From Mobula hypostoma (Eukaryota), in the NCBI RefSeq assembly GCF_963921235.1, contig NC_086108.1, positions 30,568,001 to 30,632,000 of the forward strand: a DNA stretch of 64,000 nt, in the 5' to 3' direction. Every line of letters begins with the position of its first letter. Positions within the stretch are counted from its first letter, which is position 1. The position numbers and the translations under genes were made by a program. The notes under the pieces were generated by a model, which saw only the letters and a list, made by a program, of their open reading frames with translations, made no database searches and was not told where the DNA came from. Below are positions 11,651 through 24,675 of this stretch, piece by piece.

Positions 11651-14549
11651 AGAAGAGAGTGCGCCCATCTGAATTCAACATGAAAAGGTGGGATCTTTTC
11701 TGTCACCGACGTACGCGTGCAGAACCAGCCCCTTCATGGCTGAAGTAACATAGGGAATGCACATAGGCATCACATCGATCATCAAATAGTCATTATAACC
11801 GTGCGCTGTTGGCTTGAAGGAGTGAGGTCCTCGAAGGCAGTGTGCCAAAAACACAGGCGAATAGGTAAAGACTCTTCCCAGCCCATGTTTCGGAAAGTGA
11901 TGGCTGAAATCGAGGAGCGTGTTATTCGTTCTCAGATGGCTGGCCGGAGGATAAGGTGCGGGAGAAAAAGGAATAGATCCCCGTGGAATATCCGTAGTAG
12001 AGACAAGGGATCCGGCGCACGAAGTCGGAGGGAAATAGGCAGGAGTCAGACATGGTCTGTTCTGCACGGATGACTAACTTTAACTCAGCTTAGTGCAACT
12101 TCGTGCACAGGAGCAAATCTTAACTTAGCAGTGACTGGGAACCTGGCTGAAGGAAGATGGAAAAGGAAGAAATAAAACATAATGCTGGAACTAGGATTGA
12201 ATGGGCAAGGGTCGAAAGTGAAGCAACGCTTGGGAAATTATTCCGAGAAGTGGTAGAGCAATAAGATTCCGTGATGAGCATCTGAATCAGTGCGATGGTG
12301 TCGATCGTCCACCTCCGTGGCTTGTTGGTGTACGAGCACCATCTTGCTCATACTAAGCAAATGCTTCCAGTCACCAGTCTGATAAATTCGGAACGGTTAC
12401 TGATTCCTTCTGACCTACTGTCTTCCACGCATTTTTAAATTTCCACCGCTTGCGCTTCATTTTAATTTGCGGCTAATAAATGTTAGCATGTGTTGCCTTG
12501 ACAGAGAAACACGGAGAAGAAGAGGGATTCCTGGGAGAAGACACGTTCAAAATAAGGAATTTTAAGAAGGATAACTGTACTTCAAACTCACACTCAAAAT
12601 GAAAAAACCTCCCGACCACTAATACAAAATCTCTCCCAATCTTTAATATTATATTGTTCAGACTGTAGCGAGGACACGACAACAAATTTCCTCTGGGACA
12701 AAATATTACAGCATCTTCTACACCATCTGCCAGTGCCGGTGGTGCTGAACGTAGCCGATATCACGGTGTTACACAGGAAGTAAAGGTAGTTGTTAGGACA
12801 AGAGTTGGGAGAGGAGATTATGGTATCAGACAGGATGTAAAGGCACTTGTTAGGACAAGTTTTGGGGAAACAGATTATGGAAAAAAGCAGACAAGTGAGT
12901 GTAATGGATGACATGAAAAAAAGCAAACTGCCGGAGGAACTCAGCAGGTCGATCAGCATCTGTGGAAAGAAAGAACGGTCGACGTTTCGGATGGAAGCTC
13001 AGCATCTGGCCGAGTGAGGAGGTGACATTGACACCCATTGTTATTTTCAAACGGTAAGTGGGAGAACGATACAATGAAGGACATTCGAACCAAAGAATCT
13101 GAGACCATTGCGAATACCATCCGAAACGAAGGTGATGGAAAGCGGCGGCAAAATACACCAAAGGCAGCGGAGATCCTGAAGCAAGTACACGAGAAACCCA
13201 CAAGAATGTGTGTTTAACCTATCAGTCTCGAATATTAGAATAAACTCGGGAAATGTGTAAGTCAACTCCAGAAAAGTAAGGTTCCAGTGTGGATTCACAA
13301 TAATAAAATAACAGAATAGAGAGTCCAGAGCAAATGAAAGGTATTCATTTAAGTATAGGAACCATGCGGTAGGGTTAGTCACAGGAATACTCAGAGACAC
13401 CTCTGTAGATCGAAAAGGAATGAGGATATATCAGGTAGAAGGCATAGGGGTAATACAACATGACAGTGACTCAAACATCGCGATATTTGTCGGAGTCTCG
13501 AAGCAACGCGAATATTGGAATCCGGAGCAAAACAAAACAGCTGAAGGAACTCAACCGGTCGGAAACGTCGACCACTCCTTTGCCTGCACAGATGGTGCCT
13601 GACCCATAGACTTCCTTCAACAGTTTGTATTTTTTTTGTTCTTTGATATATTGGAGAACGTGTAGTGAAACGTCAGGCAGCTCACTTAACCGTTGACTTC
13701 TGCCCACATTCCATCTATAGTACTGAAGAAGAGCCTTGTAAAAGTATGTATCGTTTTGGACGGTACGGTGCTGTAGAAATGGTCATGTAGTGGGCGTATA
13801 TGATCATACTTTATGAATAAAGTCTAAGTTTAAAGCAAGAATAAAGATGCACAATGCTATTTCATTGTTACGGTGAACTGCACAATGAAAGCTAGAAAGG
13901 AACACAAAGAGGACTGTTCAGTTCTTAATGTAAATTGTAAGCAGCAATCAGTTTGAAGTTAAGTGGATATCCTTGCAAACTGCATTGTCTACAGACCACA
14001 GGCTGCTTCTCCACAGCAGAGGACTGGCTGCTAAGAGATGTCCTTTGCAAAATGACTATGAAAAGTTCTCATCTGCATCAGCCAAACGTAAGACAATGGG
14101 TTATGTTAATTGGCCTGTGTCATAGCACATATCATGAGGTAGGTTATATTGTATTATTGTGACTGAGTTCAAGCAGGCAGACCAGACTGGTACACACAGA
14201 ACGTTGGAGGAACTCAGCTGATGTAGAGTTGACCAGACAGATACTCAAACATAGTCAGCGTTGATCGATCAATAGTTAGGATATTTGTGTACGCAGAGGC
14301 AGCAGCAACGATGTTAATTTTGGATGTCTAGGATCTCTATCCCCAGAAGCTTTTAGACCATCTTGGTGAATTGCTTTGTCTCAGTAGAGGTATTTGAACA
14401 TTCATGGGCATGTCTCTGCAGATGTATACTTAAAAGGAAGCACTGTGAACCCAAAATATTGGAAGTAAACAACGTCATTACAACTATTGAATTTACATTG
14501 AATCGCCGACTATTACTTTTGAACTTAAAGGTATAAAAATATAATATAC

Positions 14550-15780
14550 TTAGACCATAAAACTAAGAGGCATAGGAACAGAATTAGGCTATTCGGCCTA
14601 TCAAGTTGGCTCTGTCATTACTTTATGGCTGATTTTATCTTCCCTGTCAATCCCATTCTCGTGCTTTTGACACCCTGACTAATCAAGAACCTATCAGCCT
14701 CTGCTTTAAACATACTCAATGTCACGGTCCGGATCGGGTTCTCTTTTAACTTACTTTGTTTGTGTTACGATCCGGACCGTTGACTCCCCGTTTCCCTTTG
14801 GTTCCGTTTTCCCGTGTCTCTCGGGCTTGGTGATTGGAGGCAATTTACTCTCGGCTGAACCGGCAGTTTATGGTCTCCGGCTTTCAGCCGTTCGGTGCGA
14901 GAGTGTTAAAGTCACTGAAGGTGCTGTGAGCCAACGTCATCTGGCCGGAGCAAGTGCCAGCAAGCCGCCTTCCCTTGTCGGTATGGGTCAGTCTAAGACA
15001 ACCCGCTGGGGTGAGTCAAGAGCTCGCCACGGCTTGGAGCCCACTTGAGCCCTGTTATAGTTCTGTTCATCCTTGTGGGGTCGCCGTATCCATGTCGTGC
15101 GTCAAAAAGGGGTCTTGACCCTGTGTCAAAAAGAGTCCCGACTCCGTCCTGTGTCTAAGGAGGATTCCTGGCTCTATGGTTTATGTCCTGTGTTTGAATC
15201 TGTCCCGTGAATAAGAAGAGTTCCTGGCCCCGGCAGCTCCAAATATCAAGTCCTGGCCCCTCCTAGCTCGAGTCCTTGTCCAGTACGCTATTCCTGCTTC
15301 TGCTTTGCTCTCCTTGTAACAAGCAATAAACTTAATTTAAGTTAACCTCACAAGATGTGTTTGTGTCTTGCATATGGGTCCACTCCCAGCGCCCCCATTG
15401 TGACACTCAATGTCTTGGCCTCCACAGCCACCCATGGTAATAAATTCCACAGTTTCACTATGCACTGGCTAAAGAAATCATTCCTCACCTCTGTTCTAAA
15501 TAAACATCCCTCTAATATCTGAGACTGTGCCCTCTGACCCTAGAATCAACCACTATAGGAAACTCCGCCCTACATCCACCCAGTTTGGACCTTTCAATAT
15601 TCAATAGGTTTCAATGTGATCCCCCTGCCCCTCATTTTTCTAAACTCCAGCAAGTGCAGGCCCAGAGCCATCAAACTCTCATCACATGTTACCCTTTCCT
15701 TCCAAGAATCATTTTTGTGAACTTTCTCTGGACTCTGTCCAATGTCAGCACATCTTTTCTCAGCTAAGGGACCCAAAACC
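14550..15780 (-). mobile_element. CR1 3' fragment, split by a solo LTR
   Basis: QSPEKVHK/ESLMALGLHLLEFRKMRG remnant; CR1 3' UTR-type sequence continues across the LTR. Confidence 0.75.
14720..15405 (+). mobile_element. Solo LTR, family A (short form)
   Basis: TGTCA...TGACA; TSD ctcaa (14715-14719 and 15406-15410); AATAAA at 15325. Confidence 0.85.
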
Positions 15781-16108
15781 TTATACTCCTTGAATAACTA
15801 CCATCCCCTCTGCCTCCAACTCTCTTCCCTCCCCTGATTCCAGCTCTAATCCCTGCTGTATCTTCAACATTCACTCCCTAAGGTGGAAAGTCCTGTCCTC
15901 GGCAAGATCCTTACCATTGTCCCTTTCTGCCTGCACCTCGGGGAGTTCTGTGCTCACCATGACACCAAGTTCTTTTTCTGTCACTTCTGTCTTCTCTGGT
16001 GAGGTTTCCCCACACTGTATCGATGACTTCTTCTCCCACCCCAACCCTCCTCCTTTTGTTGGACATCCCACTCTAGACTTCTGCCTGCTCTGGATCTTTC
16101 TATATCTA

Positions 16109-17670
16109 TGTCATGGTCTGGTCCGTGAAGTCCGTATTCTGCTTCATGGTCCGGTCCATCGACCCTTGCTCCAGGTTTTCCTGTTTACCTTGTTTCTGTT
16201 CTTGTTTAGCTCTAATTCTGACAGCTGATTCTCATTGGGGCTGGCTGCATAAATAACTTCAGAGACCAGGGTGTGGCTGCTGGATTGTTCTTGTCTTTAC
16301 TCCTTGTATCCCTTGCTCTGCCTTCTGTTTCCGCACCTGAAGCCCTGCCTTGTCTTGCTGGTAACTCTGGCCTCGCCTGAAGTTCTTGTCTTGCCTTGCT
16401 TTACTGGAAGCCTTGCCTTGTCTTGCTGGTAACTCTCGCCTCGTTTTGCCCACAGTCTTGTCCTGGAGCCACCCTGTACCTAGCTCCCTTCCTGTCCCTT
16501 GCCTCTGCCCAGGTAAGCCAGGACATCTTGCTGTTATCTGGGGTTGGTTCTGTGTCTTCCTGTCCCTTGCCTCTGTCGGGTGGTGATCCGCGCCCTGCCA
16601 AAGAGGAGCCTGCCAAGCCCCGCCTCAAGTCTCCTGCCTCCAGCCTCGCCTCACCTCAAGTCTCAAGCCTCCAGCCTCGCCTCACCTCAAGTCTCCTGCC
16701 TCCAGCCTCGCCTCGCCTCAAGTCTCCTGCCTCCAGCCTCGCCTCGCCTCAAGTCTCCTGCCTCCAGCCTCGCCTCGCCTCAAGTCTCCTGCCTCCAGCC
16801 TCGCCTCGCCTCAAGTCTCCTGCCTCCAGCCTCGCCTCGCCTCAAGTCTCCTGCCTCCAGCCTCGCCTCGCCTCAAGTCTCCTGCCTCCAGCCTCGCCTC
16901 GCCTCAAGTCTCCTGCCTCCAGCCTCCTGCCAAGCCTCACCTCGTCTCTTGCCTAGCCTCTAGCCTGAAGACTACAGCCTCGTCTTGCCTACCTGCCTGC
17001 AATTTGCTTTTATCAGTTCTTTCATCCTCACCATATCAGAAACAGAATCAGGTTTAATATCAATAGCTCATATAGTGACATTTGTTCTTTGGTGGCAGCA
17101 GTATATTGCCTTGCCCTTGCCTAGTTCTGGGGTCTGAGCCAGAGGCAAAACCCAGGTACTGGGTCCTCGTCCAGTCTCTGGCTCAGAGTCCATCCTGTCT
17201 CCTGCCAAGCCTTGCCTCTAGCCTCAAGCCTAAAGACTCCAGCCTCTAGTCTCTTGCCAAGCCAAGCCAAGTCTCTAGCCTCTAGCCTCTTGCCAAGCCA
17301 AGCCAAGTCTCCAACCTCTAGCCTCAAGTCTGAAGACTCCAGCCTCCTGTCTCCTGCCAAGCCAAGTCTCTAGTCTCTAGCCTCAAGCTGGAAGATTTCA
17401 GCCTCGTCCTGCCTGCCTGCCTGCCTGCCAAGCCTCGTCCTTGCCTAGTTCTGGGGCCTGAGCCAGAGGCAAGATCCAGGTACTGGGTCCTTGTCCAGTC
17501 TCTGGCTTGGAGTCCAAGCCCGAGCTCCTAGCTCTCTTGTTCAGTCCTGTTCCAGGTTCCTGGTTTTCCTGTCCATATCCTTGCCATCACCCTGTATCCT
17601 AGTCCTGTCCCTAGTACTGCAGTGTCTGTGTCTTGCTCTTGAGTCCGTTCCCAGCCAGCACCTTATGACA
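16109..17670 (+). mobile_element. Solo LTR, family A, with internal minisatellite
   Basis: TGTCA...TGACA; TSD atcta (16104-16108 and 17671-17675). Confidence 0.85.
16621..16925. repeat. 31-bp minisatellite, about 10 copies
   Basis: Unit cctcaagtctcctgcctccagcctcgcctcg in direct tandem; the 31-aa periodicity of overlapping ORFs equals 3 units. Confidence 0.92.
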
Positions 17671-18754
17671 ATCTAATTGCTGATGAGATATCAACAGTCT
17701 TGACTTCACCACACCTCTCTCCTATTCTGACCTTATCCCCCTCTCTCCACACCAATCCCAACTTTACTATCAAACCCACAGACAGAAGGGGTTCTATTGT
17801 AGTCTGGTGGACTGAGCTGTAGCAGGCAGCAGCTCTCAGGCACTCCTACTTAGTTATCCCTTGACAACAACCCACTGAGGATTATCATCTCATTGTCTCC
17901 TGCACCATCACTAACTTCATCAACTCTGGAGGTCTCCAATTTACTGCCAACCTCATAGTTCCATTACCTTGCACTGTTTGTTTCTACCTTTTGCACAAGA
18001 TCCTCAAACCCAACTGTCCATGTAAGTCTATTGTCTCTACCTGCTCCTGCCCTGCTGTACTTGTATCCACATATCTTGACTCTGTTCTATCCCCCTTTGT
18101 TCAATCCCCCTTTGTTCAATCCCTTTCCCTCCTGCATCCGAGACACTTCACATGCTCTCAATCTCCTCAACAACTTTCAAATCCCAGGTCCTGATTGCCT
18201 TTTTTTTTTCTCACTATGGATGTCCAGTCCCTATACACTTTTATTTCTCATCGAGAAGACCTTAAAGCTCTCTGCTTCTTTCTCGACAACAGACCTAACC
18301 ACTTCACCTCCATCACCACCCTCCTCAATCTGGTGGAAGTGGTCCTCACACCCAACAAATTCTCTTTCAGATCCTCCCACTTTCTCCAAACACAAGATGC
18401 AGCTATGTGCCTGTTTATTTTGTTGGCTACCCATGTTCTGAGCCTTCCCTGGTAATGCTCCCCAAATTTTTCTGCTCAATATTGATGACTGCATTGGTGC
18501 TACTATTTCATGCTTCCATACTGAGCCTGTCAATTTCATAAAATCTGCCTCCAATTTCACCCAGCTGGTAAATTCTACATGTCCATTTCTGACAACTCTC
18601 TCCCCATTCTCAATCTCTCCATCTCCATCTCTGGAGACAAATCGATATCTTTTATAAACCTACTGACTCCCACAGCGATCTTGACTATACCTCTTTCCAC
18701 CTGTCTCCTGTAAAAATGCAATTTGCTTTTATCAGTTCTTTCACCCTCAACACA

Positions 18755-20570
18755 TCAGAATCAGAATCAGGTTTAATATCAATAGCTCATGTAGTGACAC
18801 TTGTTCTTTGGTGGCAGCAGTACATTGCAAAACATAATAAAAAATATAAATTACAATAACAAGTATATACTAAAATATTAAATTAAAAAAGTAGTGCAAG
18901 CAGAGAGGAAAAAAGAGAGGTAGTGTTTATGGATTCATTGTCCCTTTAGAAATCTGATGGCAGAGAGGAAGAAGCTGTTGTTGAAATGTTGAGTGTTTAT
19001 CTTCAGGCTCCTGTACTTCCTCCTTGATGGTAGCAATGAGAAGAGGGCATGTACTGGGTGATGGAGTTCCATAATGATGGATGCCACTTTTGGAGGCATC
19101 GTTTTTTGAAGGTGACCTCAGTGCTAGTGAGGCTAGTGCCATGATGGAGTTGGCTGAGTTGGCAACTTTTCTGATCCTGTGCAGTGGCCCCTCCATACCA
19201 GATAGTGATGCAACCAATTAGAATGCCCTCCAAGGTAATTTGTAAACACTGATGAGTGGCTTTGGTGACATATCAAGTTTCTTCAAACTCCTGTTGAGGT
19301 ATAGTCACTGTAGAACCTTCTTTGTAATTGCAAAATATATGTTGATCCCTTGATGAGGACTGGTGTGACTTCCCTCCCCTCGACATCCACTCCTGAAGTG
19401 CTCAATCAATTCCTTGGTGTCAGTGACACTAAGTGGAAGGTAATTGTTGAGGCACCACTCAACCAACTGATCTATCTTGCTTGTTAACACCTCATTGTCA
19501 CCATCTGAAACTCTGCCAACAACAGTTCTGTCCTTGACAAATTTATAGATGGCATTTGAGCTGTGCCTAGCTACACAGTCGTGGCTGTAGAGAGAGTAGA
19601 GCAGTGAGCTAAGCACACATCCTTAAGGTTGTCAATTTTGACTGTCAGCCAGGAGGAGATGTTATTTCTGATCTGCATGGACTGTGGTCTCCCAGTGAGG
19701 AAGTCAGTTTCAGGGGGATTTGCAGAGACCCAGGCTTTGGAGCTTGTTGACTAAAACAGAAGGTATGATTGTGTTGAACACTGAGCTGTAATCACTAAAC
19801 AGCAGCCTGACATTGGTATTACTACTGTCCAGGTGATCCAAGGCCAAGTGGAGAGCCAGGGTAATTGCATCTGCTGAAGACCTAATGTGGTGGTAGGCAA
19901 ATTGCAGTGGGTCAAGGTCCTTGCTTAGGTAGGAGTTGACTCTAGCCATGACCAGCCTCTCAGAGCACTTCATCACAGAGATGTGAATGCCACTGGCCAA
20001 CAGCCATTGAGGCAGCTCACCCTGCTCTGTATGATTGTCGCACTTTTGATGCAGGTGGAAACCTCTGACTACAGGAGTGAGAGATTGAAGATGTCCATGA
20101 GCAACCCTACCAGTTGATTGGCACTGGTTCTCAGAGCTCTAACAGGTATACGATCAGGGCCTGACACCTTGCAAGGCTTCACCTTCTTGAAAGGTGTCCT
20201 GACATTGGTCTCCAAGACACAGGCCATAGGATCACTAGATGCTGCAGGGATTTGCGCAGGTGTAGTTTAATTCTCCCTTTCAAAAAATGCATAAAAAGTA
20301 TTCGAGCTCATCTGGGAGAGAAGCATCACAGCCATTCATGATGTTAGGTTTTGCTTTGTAGGAAGCAATGGCTTGCAAACCTGGCCAGAGATGACGTGCA
20401 TCTGATGTTGCCTCTAACCTCAATAGGAATTGTTTTTTTGATCTTAAAGTAGCCTTTCTTAGACTGTACTTGAACCCCTGGTATAGTTCTGGATCATCAG
20501 TATTGAATGCCAGAATCTAGCCCTCGGCAAACAATGAATCTTTTAGTTCATTCACTGCCTCTGTTTTCTG
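18755..20570 (-). mobile_element. Rex1/Babar-type LINE fragment
   Basis: DLDPLQFAY...VRLLFSDYSSVFNTIIP and LLYSLYSHDCVARHSSNAIYKF on the minus strand; (atcaga)n tail at 18755. Confidence 0.85.
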
Positions 20571-21224
20571 AATGAGGGTCTCCTATCCAGAACATCAGAA
20601 ATATCCTTCTTCAAATAATGGGGTTTCCCTTCCTCCATCATTGCTGGTGCCCTCATTTGCATCTCCTCCACTTCCCAGACATCTGCCCTTACCCTGTCTT
20701 CCCATCACATTTGCAGGGATAGAATTTCTCTTGTTCTCACCTGCCACCCCATGAGCCTCTGTATTCAGCACAGCATTCTCCGTAACTTCTGTATTCTTCA
20801 ACAGGATCCTACCACCAAACATATCTTTACCTCCCCCCACTCTCTGCTTTTCATAGCATCGCTCCCTTCATTATTCCCTTGTCCTTTGGTTCCTCCCCAG
20901 TCACAGTGAGGACGACCACATCCTGCCTGCCTAGGAAGACAACACCCTGCCTCTCCTCTTTCAGACTTCTGTGCAGGGTTCCGACCCAAAGCATTGACAA
21001 TTTCTTTCCTTCCATTCACGTTGTTTGACTCACTGAGTTCCTCCACAAACTGTGTGTTGCTCCAGCTTCAAGCATGTGCAGTCTCTTGTGTTTTGATCCT
21101 GACTGAATCTCAAGAGGCAACAAGAGCCTCGGATCAATATTTGATATGAGATCCTGAGTTTGAGATTGAGAATTCTTAACTGTAACTACAGCTCTGTCTT
21201 CAACATTACACTTCAAAGCAGACT

Positions 21225-22310
21225 CACTACCAAACTCTAGATCTCTAGATCCTGAGAGTCAACAACTCCGTCTTCAACTGGATCCTCAACTTCCTGACCA
21301 TCAGAATGCAATCAGTAAGGACAGTCAACAACACCTCTGCCCCAATTATTCTGAACACCTGTGCTCCACAAGGTTACATCCTCAGAATCCTACTCTATTC
21401 CCTATACACTCAGGACTGCTGTCCAGATTTTGCTCTAACTCCATCTGCTAGTTTGTAGATGACACCACCATTGTTGACTGTTCTTAAATAACAACACATT
21501 GGAGTACAAGAGGAAGATAGAGTGCTTAGTAACATGGTGTCATAACAACAACCTTTCCTTCAATGGCAGTGAAACAACACAGCTGGTCATTGACGCCAGG
21601 AAGCCACGTGATGCACCTGCTTCGGCTACATCGATGGCTTTGAGGCAGAGGAGGTACACAGCTTCAGATTCCTCAAGATGAACACCATCAATAGACTGTC
21701 CTGTTTTCACCGTGTCAACACCGTGGCCAGGGGAGCTCAGCAAAGCCCCTGCTTCCTCAGGAGGCTAAAGGAACTTGGCATGTGCTCTTTGAACATTGCA
21801 AATTTTTATGAATGCCCTCTAGAAAGCCTATCATGCGGATGCAACTACTCTGCAAGTGACCAGAAAAAACTGCAAGAAGTTGTGGCCACAGCTCAGCACA
21901 TCAGGGAAATCAAAAATCCCTCCACCTACAGTATACTTCTTAGTAAATTGTCAGCATAATCAAATACCCTACACATCCTGGATATTCTCTCTTCTCCCCT
22001 CCGCCATTGTGCAGAAGACAAAAAAGTGTTAAGGGCAGCTTCTACCCTGTTTATATAAGATTATTAAATGGTTCCCTAGGACGATGAGATGGACTCTTGA
22101 CCTCACAATCCACCTTGTTATGATCTTGCACCTTCTTGTTTACTTGCCCTGCACTTTCTCTGTAGTCGGTATGCTTTATTCTGCATTCTCTTCTTGTTTT
22201 GAGCTTGTTCTACCTCAATGCACTGCAGTGTGTCTTGATTTGATCTTTATGAACAGCATGCAACACAAGTTTTCAGTGTGTCCCAGTACATGTGATGATA
22301 ATAAACCAAT
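21225..22310 (+). mobile_element. Rex1/Babar-type LINE fragment
   Basis: gctccacaagg (APQG), FVDDTTIV, LVTWCHNNNLSFN and FLRRLKELG remnants; aataaa near 22300. Confidence 0.8.
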
Positions 22311-23601
22311 TAGTTCCCAGCTGGAGAGTTGTTACTTTGGGTTCTGAGAAGTGTATAAAGTTATCAGTTCTTGTATGCTGTTTAAGTGATTCATATAAAC
22401 TTGAAGTGCATTCTTCAACTGCTCCTGTGCATATAGTTGCATGAAGATGGCTAAATTAGTGCAATTTGTGTGAATATTATAGAAACCATCTGTGTGGTTT
22501 GGGGCTTTAAGCAATATTGTGAGCTACATTTGTATAAATTTTAAAATGAGGAGTAAAGTGTGATGTCTCAAGTTGCCTTAAAATGAAAGTTTAGAATAAT
22601 ATTGAGTATAGAAGAAGCCCATTCAATTGATCGTGTATATTCTGTCTCTTTGCAATAGCTGTTCACTAATCCCAAGCCCCTGTTCTTTTGCCTGTAAGGA
22701 GGGAGATTAGAATGAGACAAGGGAGGAGTTTGACAAGGTGAGTTTCAGGATGCAGCAAAGAAAGAAGTTAGGTATCAAAAGTGAGGAGACAATCTAAAAT
22801 AGTGCGCACAGAAGGCAGATAATTAATCACCAAAACCAACCTAAACAGGATGCAATAGTTTCTTGAGGAATAAATGTGGCAGTTGTGAAGGTTCTGGGCT
22901 ACAGCCTTTTAACCACCCTGCCCCCTCCTTGGTTATAACCTTCACCATTTTAAAAGTGAGAGAGGAATCAATCCTATGACTTTAGGCTGGTCAGATGGAT
23001 ATTCATGCAGAAATTTATTGAGGTTGTGCTTTATTTTTATAAAATTAGAAGATAATGTGATAAATAAAATAGTACAGCTTTGTTGTTAATAAATTATTTA
23101 TTTTCTCACCCATGCTGTTCTAAAATTAATTTTCTTTCTCCTAGATTATTGATAGTTGAATTACTTTGCGAAAGTTTTACAGGTTGAATTGTTGAGGGAC
23201 ATGTGCAATATGAAGAAAAACACTTGACAAGTTGTCATATTATCATAATTGAACACCATGTGATTAAAGTGAGAGTGGCAATTTTGAAGCAATATAGGTC
23301 TGATGTTGCAGAAAGGAAAGCATTATGGTGAAGGTGTGTTTTCAGACTGAACAGAGATATACTCAGTGACCATTTTGTCACATTTTGGGGGGCTTCTGTT
23401 TAAGACATGCATGCATGGGATCGGCTAAATGGTGCTATTCCCTAAACTTGGTACAATTTCTTTGTGAGGAAATTGTTGGTCTAAGTTACTCATGTAGAGC
23501 GATTCTTGCATCATTGTTTCTTGGGAAATCATTGTTGAAACTTAGAAACTCTCATATGTCAGAAAACTGCTTTAGGGCATTCTGTGTTAAATGTGTTATT
23601 T

Positions 23602-23822
23602 GAACACACACGAAATGCTGGTGGCACGCAGCAGGCCAGGCAGCGTCTAAAGGAAGAGGTACAGTCAACGTTTCGGGCCGAGACCCTTCGTCCTGACTCT
23701 TTGAAGGGATTGGCCCGAACCGTCGACTGAACCTCTTCCTATAGATGCTGCCTGGCCTGCTGCGTGCCACCAGCATTTTGTGTGTGTTGCTTGAATTTCC
23801 AGCATCTGCAGATTTCCTCGTG
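23602..23822 (+). mobile_element. Fold-back PLE mini-insertion (tail plus inverted tail)
   Basis: Arms 23603-23678 and 23712-23788 are near-perfect reverse complements; 14-bp TSD taaatgtgttattt (23588-23601 and 23823-23836). Confidence 0.85.
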
Positions 23823-24126
23823 TAAATGTGTTATTTAATGCTTTTCCAAAGCAGCTCACTGAAGCTTAAGAAATATAGAAGGCTTTCTCTCCGCCCTCTC
23901 GTTTCTAAATAAAACCTTCAGCTGAACCAAGAGGATTGGATTTCAAACTGAATATTACAAAGGCATGAATCTCTTATGGATTCCAAGACAGATATAGTAT
24001 TGACACAATTCTAGTCTTTAAAAGAAAGTTAACAAATAAACTATTGTAAACAATGTAGAATGATACATTAAAAGATAACTTGCAACTGCTTTGACAGAAG
24101 GTATATTGGTTTGAGAGGACACCATA

Positions 24127-24675
24127 CACTCAGTGGACATTTTGTTAGGTACACCTGTACACCTGTTTGTTAATGCAAATATCTAATCCTCTAATCATGT
24201 GGAAGCAACTTACTACATAGAAGCATGTAGATATAGTCAAGAAGTTCAGTTGTTGTTCAGACTAAACATCAGAATGTGGAAGAAATGTAATCTGAGTAAC
24301 TTTGACCATGAAATGATTGTTGGTGCCAGATGGGGTGGTTTAAGTATCTAAGAAAATGCTGATTTTCACACACACAACAGTCTCTAGAGTTTACATAGAA
24401 TGGTGTGAAAAAAATTAAATCCTGTGAGCGGCAGGACACATCTGTGGGCAAAAGCGTCTTGTTAATGAGAGAGATCAGAGGGCAATGGCTAGACTGGTTC
24501 AAACTGACAGGAAGGCGACAGTAATTCAAATAATTATGCATTACAACAGCATCTCTGAATTGTCAACACGTCGAGCCTTGAAGTGGATGAGCTACAGCAC
24601 CAGAAGAACATGAACAACCAGTCAATGACCACTTTATTAGGTACAGGAGGTACCTAATAAAATAGCCAGTAAGTG
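24127..24675 (+). mobile_element. Internally deleted Tc1-like DNA transposon
   Basis: TA-flanked inverted termini cactcagtggacattttgttaggtac / gtacctaataaaatagccagtaagtg; transposase N-terminal remnant LSNFDHEMIVGAR...TTVSRVYIEW. Confidence 0.8.

Larger units (their letters stand above)
15850..21090 (+). mobile_element. Old Penelope-like element, interrupted by a solo LTR and a Rex1 LINE
   Basis: PLE RT remnant FTMDVQSLYTFISH...LVEVVLTPNKFSF (18195-18455). It resumes after the Rex1 at about 20570 with sequence matching QDEAFHSRT...GFP of the 59.5-kb copy, and ends in a degenerate tail. Confidence 0.75.

Noticed and set aside
11675..12073. Overlapping 130-aa and 90-aa ORFs as a second gene
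   Set aside because: No recognisable motifs or supporting splice structure.
16396..16963. Long repetitive ORFs and CRISPR-like periodicity
   Set aside because: Head-to-tail 31-bp minisatellite with no unique spacers and no cas genes; the ORFs are open only because the unit lacks stops.
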